From positions 1-64,000 of the IMG/VR virus record IMGVR_UViG_3300031841_003798: DNA of 64,000 nt; one strand, 5' to 3'. Source of the DNA: a virus. The notes under the pieces were generated by a model, which ran no database searches, was not told where the DNA came from, and was given only the letters and a program-made list of their open reading frames with translations. The translations under genes were made by a program, and so were the position numbers. Of this stretch, positions 9,291 to 17,774 are shown one piece after another. Numbering within the stretch: the stretch's first letter is position 1; each line of letters begins with the position of its first letter.

Positions 9291-10636
9291 TGGCTTCGCT
9301 GACGATCACTCAAACATCGCCAGTAGTCAATACGGTAGCTGTTACGCAAACAGTTAGTCCAGTTACATTAGAGATTACTGAGCAGGTTACACAACATACG
9401 GTAGTGGTGTCCCCTCAAAACATCACAAACTATTACGGGGGAGGCGGTGAAGTGTTGGCTGCGCTAACAGGTGTAGCCCCGGGAAGCACAGATTTAGGAA
9501 CATTTACAGAAGATATTATTGCAGACAATGAAACCATTAAAGGTGCGCTGCAAGATTTAGAAGATGGAGTAGTAAACAACGAAGCCGCAATTGGAACAAA
9601 TGCTTCAGATATTAGTACTAACGCTACTGGTATTAGTGACAACGCTAATGATATTACGGGCTTAACTACTACAGTTAATAGTAACACCAGTTCTATTAAC
9701 ACTAATACTAGTGACATTACTTCACTTCAAACAACTGTAAGCGGTTTAACAACCGGTGCGTTAACACAGGCGTTAGATCCTACAGAGTTAAGCCTGTTTT
9801 TTACAGACCCAGGTACGTATGCACAAGGTACCTCGGTAGAGACTGTATTACGAGATATTCTCATCCACTACCAGACACCAGTGTTGAATAATGTAAATGG
9901 AACAGGTCTGCCTAACACTAATATCGAACACGGGTCTACAGATACTTTAACAGACATTACGTGGACTATTACTAATCCTCAAAATGTTGATGCCGCTGTT
10001 ACTGGTACGCTTACCTACTTTGACCCTGTAGGTACAGACGATCAAACATGGACAGGTGTAGCACACACCGCATCTCCTTATAACATTACTAACAAGAGTG
10101 TTACGTACAATGTAGCAGCATCGAATGCTGGCCAAACGGGAACAAATAAGAATCAACAGAATACATACTACTTGCGACTTAGTGGATTTCAAGACACAAA
10201 CGGAGCATCAATATCGGCTGATACAGACTACTACACGGTATTGTTTAAAACATTTATACTCACTAGTGCAACACAGATTAATGCAGGTGCTGTAAACAAC
10301 ACTACTGGTAACCAGTTAATTACCGATTGTTTAGCTGGCACAAATAATGCTACAGTAGAGCGTAATCTGCTTCACGCTACAAGTCTTTTACAAACTACAC
10401 TGACGTATCCAAATACAACTAACTACTGGTATGCATGTATGCCTCAGTGTCATTGGGATGATGTAACCACAGTTACAACTAACCAAGGTTTTGACGGGTT
10501 TGATATTACCACCACAGTAGTAAACTGCGGATCGTTTGTGTATACAAATAATCAAAGCGCATCAGTGACAATGCAATTACTGCGTGGTCAAAGCATTGGT
10601 CAAATCGATTCTGGCAACTATATCAAATTCGCATGA
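9290..10636 (+). CDS. Fibre protein with coiled-coil shaft
   Basis: Heptad N-x-x-x-I repeats (NASDISTNATGISDNANDI); TYAQGTSVETVLRDIL motif. Confidence 0.65.
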   Translation: MASLTITQTSPVVNTVAVTQTVSPVTLEITEQVTQHTVVVSPQNITNYYGGGGEVLAALTGVAPGSTDLGTFTEDIIADNETIKGALQDLEDGVVNNEAAIGTNASDISTNATGISDNANDITGLTTTVNSNTSSINTNTSDITSLQTTVSGLTTGALTQALDPTELSLFFTDPGTYAQGTSVETVLRDILIHYQTPVLNNVNGTGLPNTNIEHGSTDTLTDITWTITNPQNVDAAVTGTLTYFDPVGTDDQTWTGVAHTASPYNITNKSVTYNVAASNAGQTGTNKNQQNTYYLRLSGFQDTNGASISADTDYYTVLFKTFILTSATQINAGAVNNTTGNQLITDCLAGTNNATVERNLLHATSLLQTTLTYPNTTNYWYACMPQCHWDDVTTVTTNQGFDGFDITTTVVNCGSFVYTNNQSASVTMQLLRGQSIGQIDSGNYIKFA

Positions 10637-13017
10637 GCAATAGTAACCACGTATTTGTTGGACTTCCTGCGCTAATTAAAAACTCTGCGCCAGGCGATCC
10701 TATTGTATCTGTCGGAGACAACCATGTAAGCGGTATTGGATTCTTTGATGCTATTACAGGCGGCACCGTAAACCGCGATGACCTAGGTATCAACTTTCGT
10801 AATACAAACTTTTTAGCTGCAGTAGGAACACAGATCTATTTCTATACTGCAGCTGGTGTAACAAATCCCGATTGGACTAATGTTGCTAATTGGACTGAGC
10901 TAACTAATGCAGATCTAACTCAAGTTATCGCAGATTTAGCTGCAGAAACATCCGCTCGTATTACAGCAGACAACGCTTTAACCTCAGGTGTCAATGCAAA
11001 TACGACGGCGATTGGTGTTAACTCTACTGCTATCGGTGTTAATACTGCTGGTATTTCGACTAATGCTACCGCTATTAGTGGTAATACGACTGATATTGCA
11101 TCTAACTTAAGTGCTATTCAAAGCAATGACTCAGATATTAGTGCGTTGCAAGGGTCAGTATCAAACAATACTACTGCCATTGGTAATAACACTACAGCCA
11201 TTGCTTTAAATACAGCCAAGGTTAGCGCAGATGGTAGCATCGATACGCACAGCGATGTAGACACATCTACCACTGCACCCGAGATTGGTCAAGTGTTATT
11301 TTGGAATGGGACTAATTGGATCCCTGAGTATCCAGAAGTTACAGTTGAGGCTAAGAATGCCACGGGTACAAACTTTACAAAAGGGCAGCCAGTTTATGTA
11401 AGTGGTACTGCTGCTAGCGGTAAACCCGAGATCGAGCTAGCAGATAACGATGGTACTAATACCTATCCTGCTATTGGTCTTCTTTACGATGATATTGATG
11501 CAGGAGCTGAAGGCCTTGTGGTCATCTCAGGTTCAATCTTTGGGTTAGACACAAGTAGTTACACTGCAGGAGACGCCCTTTATATCGACTCTACGCCAGG
11601 CGTTTTAACTACTACCAAACCTACAGGCACGAGTCAAATTCAAAAAGTTGCAATCGTTAAACGATCTAACGTATCTGCAGGCTCTCTTATTGTTATGGGT
11701 GCCGGACGTGTTAACGATCTACCTAATCTACCTACAGGTGAATATTGGAGGGGAGATTCTAGCGGTGTACCGCAACCACGAAGCTTTGATGCCGATGTAA
11801 CCAATAGCAGTCAAGTAACATTAAATACATCTGCTATTGCCGCAAATGCTAGTGATATTAGCACCTTACAAACAAACACTACAGGAAACCTTACAGACAG
11901 TGTAACCGTACACAACGATGTAACTAATGCTGGTTCAGGACAGATTATTACTGGTGCAGAGCGCACGAAATTATTGGGTATTGATACTGGGGCAGAAGTT
12001 AATGTACAATCGGATTGGAATGAAGCTAATACTGCATCAGATGCTTTCATTCAAAATAAACCTACTTTAGGTACTGCTGCTGCCGCTGATGTAAGTGACT
12101 TTATTGAAGATGACTCAACTATTGCTGCTCAACCTGTTCGACAGTACTATGCAAGTACCGCAGCATTTCCAAGTGCAAGTACATGGCATGGCGCTATTGC
12201 ACACAGCCATGCAGATGGTGCTATGTATTTTGCGCACGGAGGAGCATGGGTAAAGCTTGGTAATGACTCTGATATTTTTGATGGTGACTACAACAGCTTA
12301 ACCAATAAACCGGTTATTCCTGTAGTTGGTATTGATGCTCAAGCGCATGATGCTAACCTAACTACGTTTGTAGGGACCTTTACCTTACCTACCGTTGACG
12401 GTAGTAATGGCCATGTTTTAACCACAAATGGTAGCGGTACGCTAAGTTTTGCTGCAGCTGGCGGCTCAGGATCAAGTACACTTTTAGGATTAACAGATAC
12501 GCCTGCAACGTTTGGTAGTACTGGTCAGGTCTTAGCTGTTAATGCTGCAGGTAATGCTGTAGAGTTTGTTAATCAATCGGGCGGATCTGGAGCACAACGT
12601 ACTCTTACTGTACCTACAGGTAATGGTTACTCTGGGGATGTAGTTACGTTCGGCTCAGCACCAAGTGGTGGATTTACAGTAGGTGAATTGTACTACTTTG
12701 CCACTACAGGTGCATGGGAAGAAGCATATGGTACCTCTACTAATACAGCTACTGGAATGTTAGGTATTTGCGTAAACGCTTCTACTCCCGAAATTCTAAT
12801 TCGAGGAATTATTAAAAATAGCAGCTACGCTAATTTGTTCTCGCTGGGCCGTAGACTTTATGTGTCTACGTTACAAGGTGGTTCAGGTCGTTTTATGGAT
12901 ACTATTCCAAGTTCTCCCCCGACGGGTGCGGTTATTCGTGCAGCTGGTTATGTAACAGATGATGTTAATGGTGTCCTTATGTTTGATCCGTCTCAGGACT
13001 ACATTACTGTTACCTAA
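10633..13017 (+). CDS. Mosaic tail fibre protein
   Basis: Trimeric coiled-coil heptads (NTTAIGVNSTAIGVNTAGI), GQVLFWNGTNW, VQSDWNE, GHVLTTNGSGTLSF fibre modules. Confidence 0.75.
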   Translation: MSNSNHVFVGLPALIKNSAPGDPIVSVGDNHVSGIGFFDAITGGTVNRDDLGINFRNTNFLAAVGTQIYFYTAAGVTNPDWTNVANWTELTNADLTQVIADLAAETSARITADNALTSGVNANTTAIGVNSTAIGVNTAGISTNATAISGNTTDIASNLSAIQSNDSDISALQGSVSNNTTAIGNNTTAIALNTAKVSADGSIDTHSDVDTSTTAPEIGQVLFWNGTNWIPEYPEVTVEAKNATGTNFTKGQPVYVSGTAASGKPEIELADNDGTNTYPAIGLLYDDIDAGAEGLVVISGSIFGLDTSSYTAGDALYIDSTPGVLTTTKPTGTSQIQKVAIVKRSNVSAGSLIVMGAGRVNDLPNLPTGEYWRGDSSGVPQPRSFDADVTNSSQVTLNTSAIAANASDISTLQTNTTGNLTDSVTVHNDVTNAGSGQIITGAERTKLLGIDTGAEVNVQSDWNEANTASDAFIQNKPTLGTAAAADVSDFIEDDSTIAAQPVRQYYASTAAFPSASTWHGAIAHSHADGAMYFAHGGAWVKLGNDSDIFDGDYNSLTNKPVIPVVGIDAQAHDANLTTFVGTFTLPTVDGSNGHVLTTNGSGTLSFAAAGGSGSSTLLGLTDTPATFGSTGQVLAVNAAGNAVEFVNQSGGSGAQRTLTVPTGNGYSGDVVTFGSAPSGGFTVGELYYFATTGAWEEAYGTSTNTATGMLGICVNASTPEILIRGIIKNSSYANLFSLGRRLYVSTLQGGSGRFMDTIPSSPPTGAVIRAAGYVTDDVNGVLMFDPSQDYITVT

Positions 13018-14297
13018 TGAGTACAGCTACAGTAAATAGTATCGCTATGGCAGATATTGCAACAATTAATGATATTACTGTGCCATCTGGTACAAGTGGT
13101 GGATACCAACCATCTTCTACAGGTCTTCTTGTGTGGGGCTATGATGCGGCTCCTAGTGAGCCACTGGCTGCTGATTTATTTCCAGCTGCAGAAACTCCAT
13201 TTAGTTATCAAGTCTGGACAGGCAGTAGCTACCCAGTAAAAAAAATGGATTTTACTAGATATGGGGCCTACATTTTGGATACAAACGGAGACCTTTACAC
13301 TTGCGCTGTAGGTGCTAGTTACAACTTTATAGGTAGAAACTCTAGCACTGGAACGTCTACAAGTTTTCAGTTGGCTAGAACTGGAGTAGATGATATGTCT
13401 GCAACCATTCAAGGTTGTATAACCATTGAGTCTGGAAGTATGTACTACACTGGAGGCAACCTCACGTACTATTTAGGCGTAGGAACGAGCTATCAAACTT
13501 GGACTCAGTTTGGAACAGATACTGATTGGATATCAATTACTACGTCCTCGTCATACCCTTACGGAATTGCAGCGGTAAAAGGACCTACATCAACAACGGG
13601 TAAGCTTTATGTAAGTGGGTACCACAATAACGGTAGGCTGGGCAACGGCCTTACGAGTGGAACTACTCAGACCCCCACTTTAAGTAAGACCAACTCAACT
13701 ACAAACTTTGAAGAGTACGTAGCCCATGTTTCTTTTGGACAGTACAACATTGGGGTTGTCACTCAGAGCGGAGAGTTTTATGCGTGTGGATGGGGCAACT
13801 ATGGAAATGCAGGAACTGGCACTTCATCTAATCAGGTGTACATGGCCCAAATAGGAACAGACACCAATTGGGAAAAAAGCTTTATGGGTTCTCTTGGTGG
13901 TCTTGCTATTAAAGGAGGTCAGCTATACGGATCTTCCTCTAGCTCCGTGTATCAATATGCATTCACTGGAATGACTACAAATAGAACCTACCAACTTGCC
14001 AACTCTGATACTGACTGGGAAGAGATTGAAGGGTTTAGGTTCCAGTCTAGTTATGACAGCGACTTTAGGGGATGCTTATTTAAAAAGAATGGAGAGTGGG
14101 GAATCCGTGCTGGAAACGACGGGTGGAATGACACCAAAGCAGCCACTGCTACAAGCTCTTCCTTTACATCATTTAAAGATGCAGCCAACATAACAAATGC
14201 GGTTGGATCAACAAACACGATAGACTACGCATCTGTAATCTACAACCAGATGAGCCCAAATAGTCAAAAAGTAGGAATTGTACTTTACGTAAGATAA
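13017..14297 (+). CDS. RCC1/BLIP-II-like beta-propeller, candidate receptor-binding tip
   Basis: Repeats FGTDTDWISI / IGTDTNWEK / NSDTDWEEI and G.NNGRLGNG, GWGNYGNAGTG. Confidence 0.7.
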   Translation: MSTATVNSIAMADIATINDITVPSGTSGGYQPSSTGLLVWGYDAAPSEPLAADLFPAAETPFSYQVWTGSSYPVKKMDFTRYGAYILDTNGDLYTCAVGASYNFIGRNSSTGTSTSFQLARTGVDDMSATIQGCITIESGSMYYTGGNLTYYLGVGTSYQTWTQFGTDTDWISITTSSSYPYGIAAVKGPTSTTGKLYVSGYHNNGRLGNGLTSGTTQTPTLSKTNSTTNFEEYVAHVSFGQYNIGVVTQSGEFYACGWGNYGNAGTGTSSNQVYMAQIGTDTNWEKSFMGSLGGLAIKGGQLYGSSSSSVYQYAFTGMTTNRTYQLANSDTDWEEIEGFRFQSSYDSDFRGCLFKKNGEWGIRAGNDGWNDTKAATATSSSFTSFKDAANITNAVGSTNTIDYASVIYNQMSPNSQKVGIVLYVR

Positions 14298-14566
14298 TGG
14301 CAAGCTATACAATAACAATATTATCTGAAGAGCAGTTACAAGAGTACTGGACTGACCCTAGCGCTCCAAACTTTGCTTTTTCTTACAATGAGCAAACACT
14401 TGATGAGTGTGATCAAAATGAGGATGGTACCTGGACAGCAACGTATGAAACCATTGAGCTCACTGAGCCAAATACATTTACATACTTAGTAAATGGTGGA
14501 GAAGACGTGACGATCACACTCGTTCCTGGTGAATATGGTATTCGTCCTAATTCTAAAAAATTATGA
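14297..14566 (+). CDS. Small acidic protein (possible fibre accessory)
   Basis: 89 aa, TAATG-coupled to propeller gene. Confidence 0.5.
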   Translation: MASYTITILSEEQLQEYWTDPSAPNFAFSYNEQTLDECDQNEDGTWTATYETIELTEPNTFTYLVNGGEDVTITLVPGEYGIRPNSKKL

Positions 14567-14784
14567 ACGCTAAAGTTCATTATAGCTGGCTAGGAACTAA
14601 TAGCAAAAAGACTTACCTTGTGTTAAGTCTTTCTAACAAGGATACACCAAAGGAAGATAAGTCAGACGTGCTATTAGAAAAGTATTGCGCACGTATTGCT
14701 GGCTTTATTGCAGCACTGTATTTTACTAATAACGAAGCAGCTCACATTTTATTGACTGCCTTCGCTAAACTCTTTGCACCATGA
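14563..14784 (+). CDS. Hypothetical protein
   Basis: 73 aa, ATGA overlaps both sides. Confidence 0.45.
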   Translation: MNAKVHYSWLGTNSKKTYLVLSLSNKDTPKEDKSDVLLEKYCARIAGFIAALYFTNNEAAHILLTAFAKLFAP

Positions 14785-14939
14785 AGATTCAAAATGGTTG
14801 GAAAAACCCGAACAAACAGGGTGATAAGTATCAATGTAAACTGCGTTTAGGCAAGGTTACAGTATACGATTTTTTCTATGACTTTGGAGATAAGAAGGGC
14901 GGATTGACCTTCATGAATTTTTCTGTCAAGTTAGGATGA
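14781..14939 (+). CDS. Small hypothetical protein (52 aa)
   Basis: MKIQNGWKNPNKQGDKYQCKLRLG...SVKLG*; ATGA overlaps both ends; not in ORF track. Confidence 0.55.
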   Translation: MKIQNGWKNPNKQGDKYQCKLRLGKVTVYDFFYDFGDKKGGLTFMNFSVKLG

Positions 14940-15124
14940 TTAAACGCGTAGCCATAAACTTTTTTATGGGTTACGCTGTGTGCTCTGCAGCATTAAACTT
15001 AGTGCCTGTAAAAAAAGAAGTTGTTCCTGTAACTGTGTTTAACAGCGATGACGGACAGCTTACAACTCACTATCGGTACAAGGTACTTCACACTACACCT
15101 GAGTTATTTCAATTTGATGAATAA
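14936..15124 (+). CDS. Small membrane-anchored protein (possible spanin component)
   Basis: N-terminal hydrophobic segment; overlaps lipoprotein gene. Confidence 0.45.
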   Translation: MIKRVAINFFMGYAVCSAALNLVPVKKEVVPVTVFNSDDGQLTTHYRYKVLHTTPELFQFDE

Positions 15125-15452
15125 GGTTAAATACCTCTTTCCGTTACTACTGTTGTTTGCTACCGGATGCGGCGTAGGACATGGTATTGGGTCTAGTTCT
15201 TCTGAGCCTATTAACTGGGACGAGTATGACTTGTTTACTACGGTGCCTAGTGATTTATCTACACCACAACAGGTTACATGGAATACTGGTGTAATTGAGG
15301 TAGACAGTAACTTTTATTCTCTGCAGCAATTCAACATGACCCTGCAAGAAAATCCTGTTGACCGTAATAGTATTAAACTAACTATCGACGTGGTTACGCC
15401 AGACGATACAAAACAGTCTATGACTATTTACACTGCAAAAAATAAGCAATGA
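15117..15452 (+). CDS. Lipoprotein (possible o-spanin)
   Basis: Start re-assigned to MNKVKYLFPLLLLFATG-C, an SPII lipobox; adjacent to holin. Confidence 0.6.
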   Translation: MNKVKYLFPLLLLFATGCGVGHGIGSSSSEPINWDEYDLFTTVPSDLSTPQQVTWNTGVIEVDSNFYSLQQFNMTLQENPVDRNSIKLTIDVVTPDDTKQSMTIYTAKNKQ

Positions 15453-15937
15453 CGTTTGAAGGAGATCCTAAAGAGTGGAGTGAACGCAAGTTAGTTAAAT
15501 GGTTCAAGGAGAACAAAGATCATTTAGGAGACTTTGCTGCTGCTGCATTATCTGCAATTCCTGGCGGAGGAGCTGTTGCTGAAGTTGCAGAAAACATTTT
15601 GGGAGCACGTGTGCTGTCAGCTCAAAAGCAATATGAGCTAGAAGCTATGTTGCTTATGTATAAGATGGACGTAGAAAAAAATACTACGTTACGTTGGCAA
15701 AGTGATAACACTACTACTGAACGTCTTACAAAGCTGGTTCGTCCTGTAAGCTTGTTAAGCTTGTTAGGCACTATTTTCCTATTTACGTTTTTAGATGGTT
15801 GGACCGCTTGGGGATTTGATGTTCCTGAGCCGTACGTAGACTTAATTCAGTCTCTCGCTATGCTTGCCTTCGGTGCATACTTTGGTGGGCGTACTGTAGA
15901 GAAGATTCAAGACATCCGATACAATGGCGACGCTTAA
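15449..15937 (+). CDS. Holin (3TM, GTA-release-like family)
   Basis: RWQSD..LTKLVRP followed by two TM helices and AYFGGRTVEK. Confidence 0.75.
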   Translation: MTFEGDPKEWSERKLVKWFKENKDHLGDFAAAALSAIPGGGAVAEVAENILGARVLSAQKQYELEAMLLMYKMDVEKNTTLRWQSDNTTTERLTKLVRPVSLLSLLGTIFLFTFLDGWTAWGFDVPEPYVDLIQSLAMLAFGAYFGGRTVEKIQDIRYNGDA

Positions 15938-16556
15938 TCAAATCGCATTCAACATTGCTGGAGCTGTAGACAAAAACACAGATCCGGTATTTATCAATCG
16001 GATTAAGTTTCAGATTGAATATTTCCGCGCGCTCTTCTTGCGTCGAGATGCTCAGACTAACTTTAATATTCCTGATGCGTTTGTACAGACTAGCACCGTT
16101 GAAATGGAATGGGTAGACGCTGTTGCTGCTTGTGGTGTTAGCCTGCCATGCAAGATTCTTAAGTCAAAAGAAAAGCTATGCACGCCTATCAATTTAAAAG
16201 GGCAAAGTGGTTTTGTCTATGTGGGAGCTCCTGGCGGTGGACAAAGCTACCAGTACGTTGCACCTGAGCAAGTTGTTTATGCCATTACCTCCAAGTGGAC
16301 CAAGGGGCAGCCTAAGTATTTTTTTAAAGATCGCTACCTGTATATCACGGAAGGCGCGCCGATGTGTGTAGAGGTGCGTATGGCATGCGAGTCTCCCGCT
16401 ACTGGAGGCGAAGATGGAGTTGCAAATCTTGGTTGTTTAGATCACGACGCAGAGTATCCTATGACTATGGATATGACGCAACGAGTTACAGAAGCAATTT
16501 TAGGACAGCTGCAAGCTGACATGATGCAGGACAATGACCAAGTTGAAACTGAATGA
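15924..16556 (+). CDS. Tail ring protein (crAss-like)
   Basis: MATLNQIAFNI, IKFQIEYFRALFL, DAEYPM motifs; synteny before IHF-like gene. Confidence 0.65.
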   Translation: MATLNQIAFNIAGAVDKNTDPVFINRIKFQIEYFRALFLRRDAQTNFNIPDAFVQTSTVEMEWVDAVAACGVSLPCKILKSKEKLCTPINLKGQSGFVYVGAPGGGQSYQYVAPEQVVYAITSKWTKGQPKYFFKDRYLYITEGAPMCVEVRMACESPATGGEDGVANLGCLDHDAEYPMTMDMTQRVTEAILGQLQADMMQDNDQVETE

Positions 16557-16995
16557 AGATCGGCTAGGAGCTAAAGACATGTACCGGGCATACAAGAAAA
16601 AGAACCCGGATACTGACATGACTTACCCTTTGTACCGAGCTATCCTAGAAAGCTTTAATACTAAGCTGACAGAAAAGATTTTAGCAGGCGCCAAGTTTAA
16701 CCTTGGACACAGGCTTGGAAACATTTACATTAAGAAGATCCGACGTACACCTTCTAGTAAGGTTATAGATTGGAATGAAACCCGTAAAATGTGGGACGAG
16801 CAAGGCTTCAAAGAAGGGTTCGTCTACTACACCGACGAGTATTATTATCGGTGGAACTGGGAGAAAAGGAAGGCACAAGTAAAGAATAAGTCGGTATACA
16901 AGTTTGAGCCTACAGGAGGCAAGCTTGGAATAAAGCGCAAACTGGTGGAACGACTGCGTAGTAATCCGTTCGCCGCAACGAACTACAAGTCATGA
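16534..16995 (+). CDS. IHF/HU-like DNA-binding protein (crAss gene 53-like)
   Basis: FNLGHRLGNIYIKK, IDWNETRK; conserved position before tail tubular gene. Confidence 0.75.
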   Translation: MTKLKLNEDRLGAKDMYRAYKKKNPDTDMTYPLYRAILESFNTKLTEKILAGAKFNLGHRLGNIYIKKIRRTPSSKVIDWNETRKMWDEQGFKEGFVYYTDEYYYRWNWEKRKAQVKNKSVYKFEPTGGKLGIKRKLVERLRSNPFAATNYKS

Positions 16996-17774
16996 ACTAT
17001 CGCCTTATCTCTACTAAGGAAGTTATTGCTAAAGTCTACCGGGATCTCAAGCCGGCTGATTCGTCATGGACTATGGACGCAGTCGAATGGATTGGAGAGG
17101 CTTTAGATTTCATTGGATATCATGGTATCTTCGATCACAGAAGTAAAGAATTAACCGTTGTCGATCACAAAGCCGAAATTCCTTGCGACTTGTATCAGCT
17201 TATTCAAGTCGAATATGAAGGTACTGGTCTTGTGTATGGGACTGACACTACTGGGTATACTGCAGATACTCGCACTACAAGCGCTGAACCTGCTAACTCT
17301 CAAGTCTATACTGTCGCTGTAGCAGAGTCCAATCCTACTGATGACCACAGTAGTCCTGCGTTTACATTAAAGTTTACAAAAGATCGTAGAGTCGCCAGTG
17401 AGTATTACCTTATCAATGCCGGCTACATTGTTACCAGCTTTGAAGAAGGCACTATTAAACTGCACTATACTGCATACCCTACCGATAACGATGGGTTTCC
17501 GCAGGTGCCCGACAACATTTATGTAAAGCAAGCATTGGAATGGTACATCATTCGACAAATGATGATGGGCGGTTATGTCCATCCTGTCTTCAACTGGCAA
17601 GTAGCGGACGACAAGTGGGGGCACTACTGTGTAGCTGCACAGAACGACCTGAGCTTCCCGAGCATCGACAAGATGGAAACCATGAAGAACATGTTCGTTC
17701 GCATGGTTCCAATGATCAATCGACACTCCGATTTCTTTATTGGGAATGAAACTCAAGAACGTCTTGATCGATGA
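16992..17774 (+). CDS. Tail tubular/ring protein (P22 gp4-like)
   Basis: AVEWIGEAL, IPCDL, TSFEEG.I.LHY.AYPTD.DGFP.VPD motifs. Confidence 0.8.
   Translation: MNYRLISTKEVIAKVYRDLKPADSSWTMDAVEWIGEALDFIGYHGIFDHRSKELTVVDHKAEIPCDLYQLIQVEYEGTGLVYGTDTTGYTADTRTTSAEPANSQVYTVAVAESNPTDDHSSPAFTLKFTKDRRVASEYYLINAGYIVTSFEEGTIKLHYTAYPTDNDGFPQVPDNIYVKQALEWYIIRQMMMGGYVHPVFNWQVADDKWGHYCVAAQNDLSFPSIDKMETMKNMFVRMVPMINRHSDFFIGNETQERLDR

Noticed and set aside
9570-11220. Repetitive N/T/I-rich DNA that could be a CRISPR or tandem array
   Set aside because: Degenerate coiled-coil heptads inside fibre genes; no identical repeats with spacers
10633-14297. Diversity-generating retroelement or invertible fibre cassette
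   Set aside because: No reverse transcriptase, recombinase, template/variable repeat pair or inverted repeats seen in this window
15048-15116. Track start for the lipoprotein ORF (also extended starts at 44018, 48432, 48925, 50287)
   Set aside because: Downstream ATGs fit better: they give a signal peptide, stop/start coupling, or avoid a terminator or deep overlap
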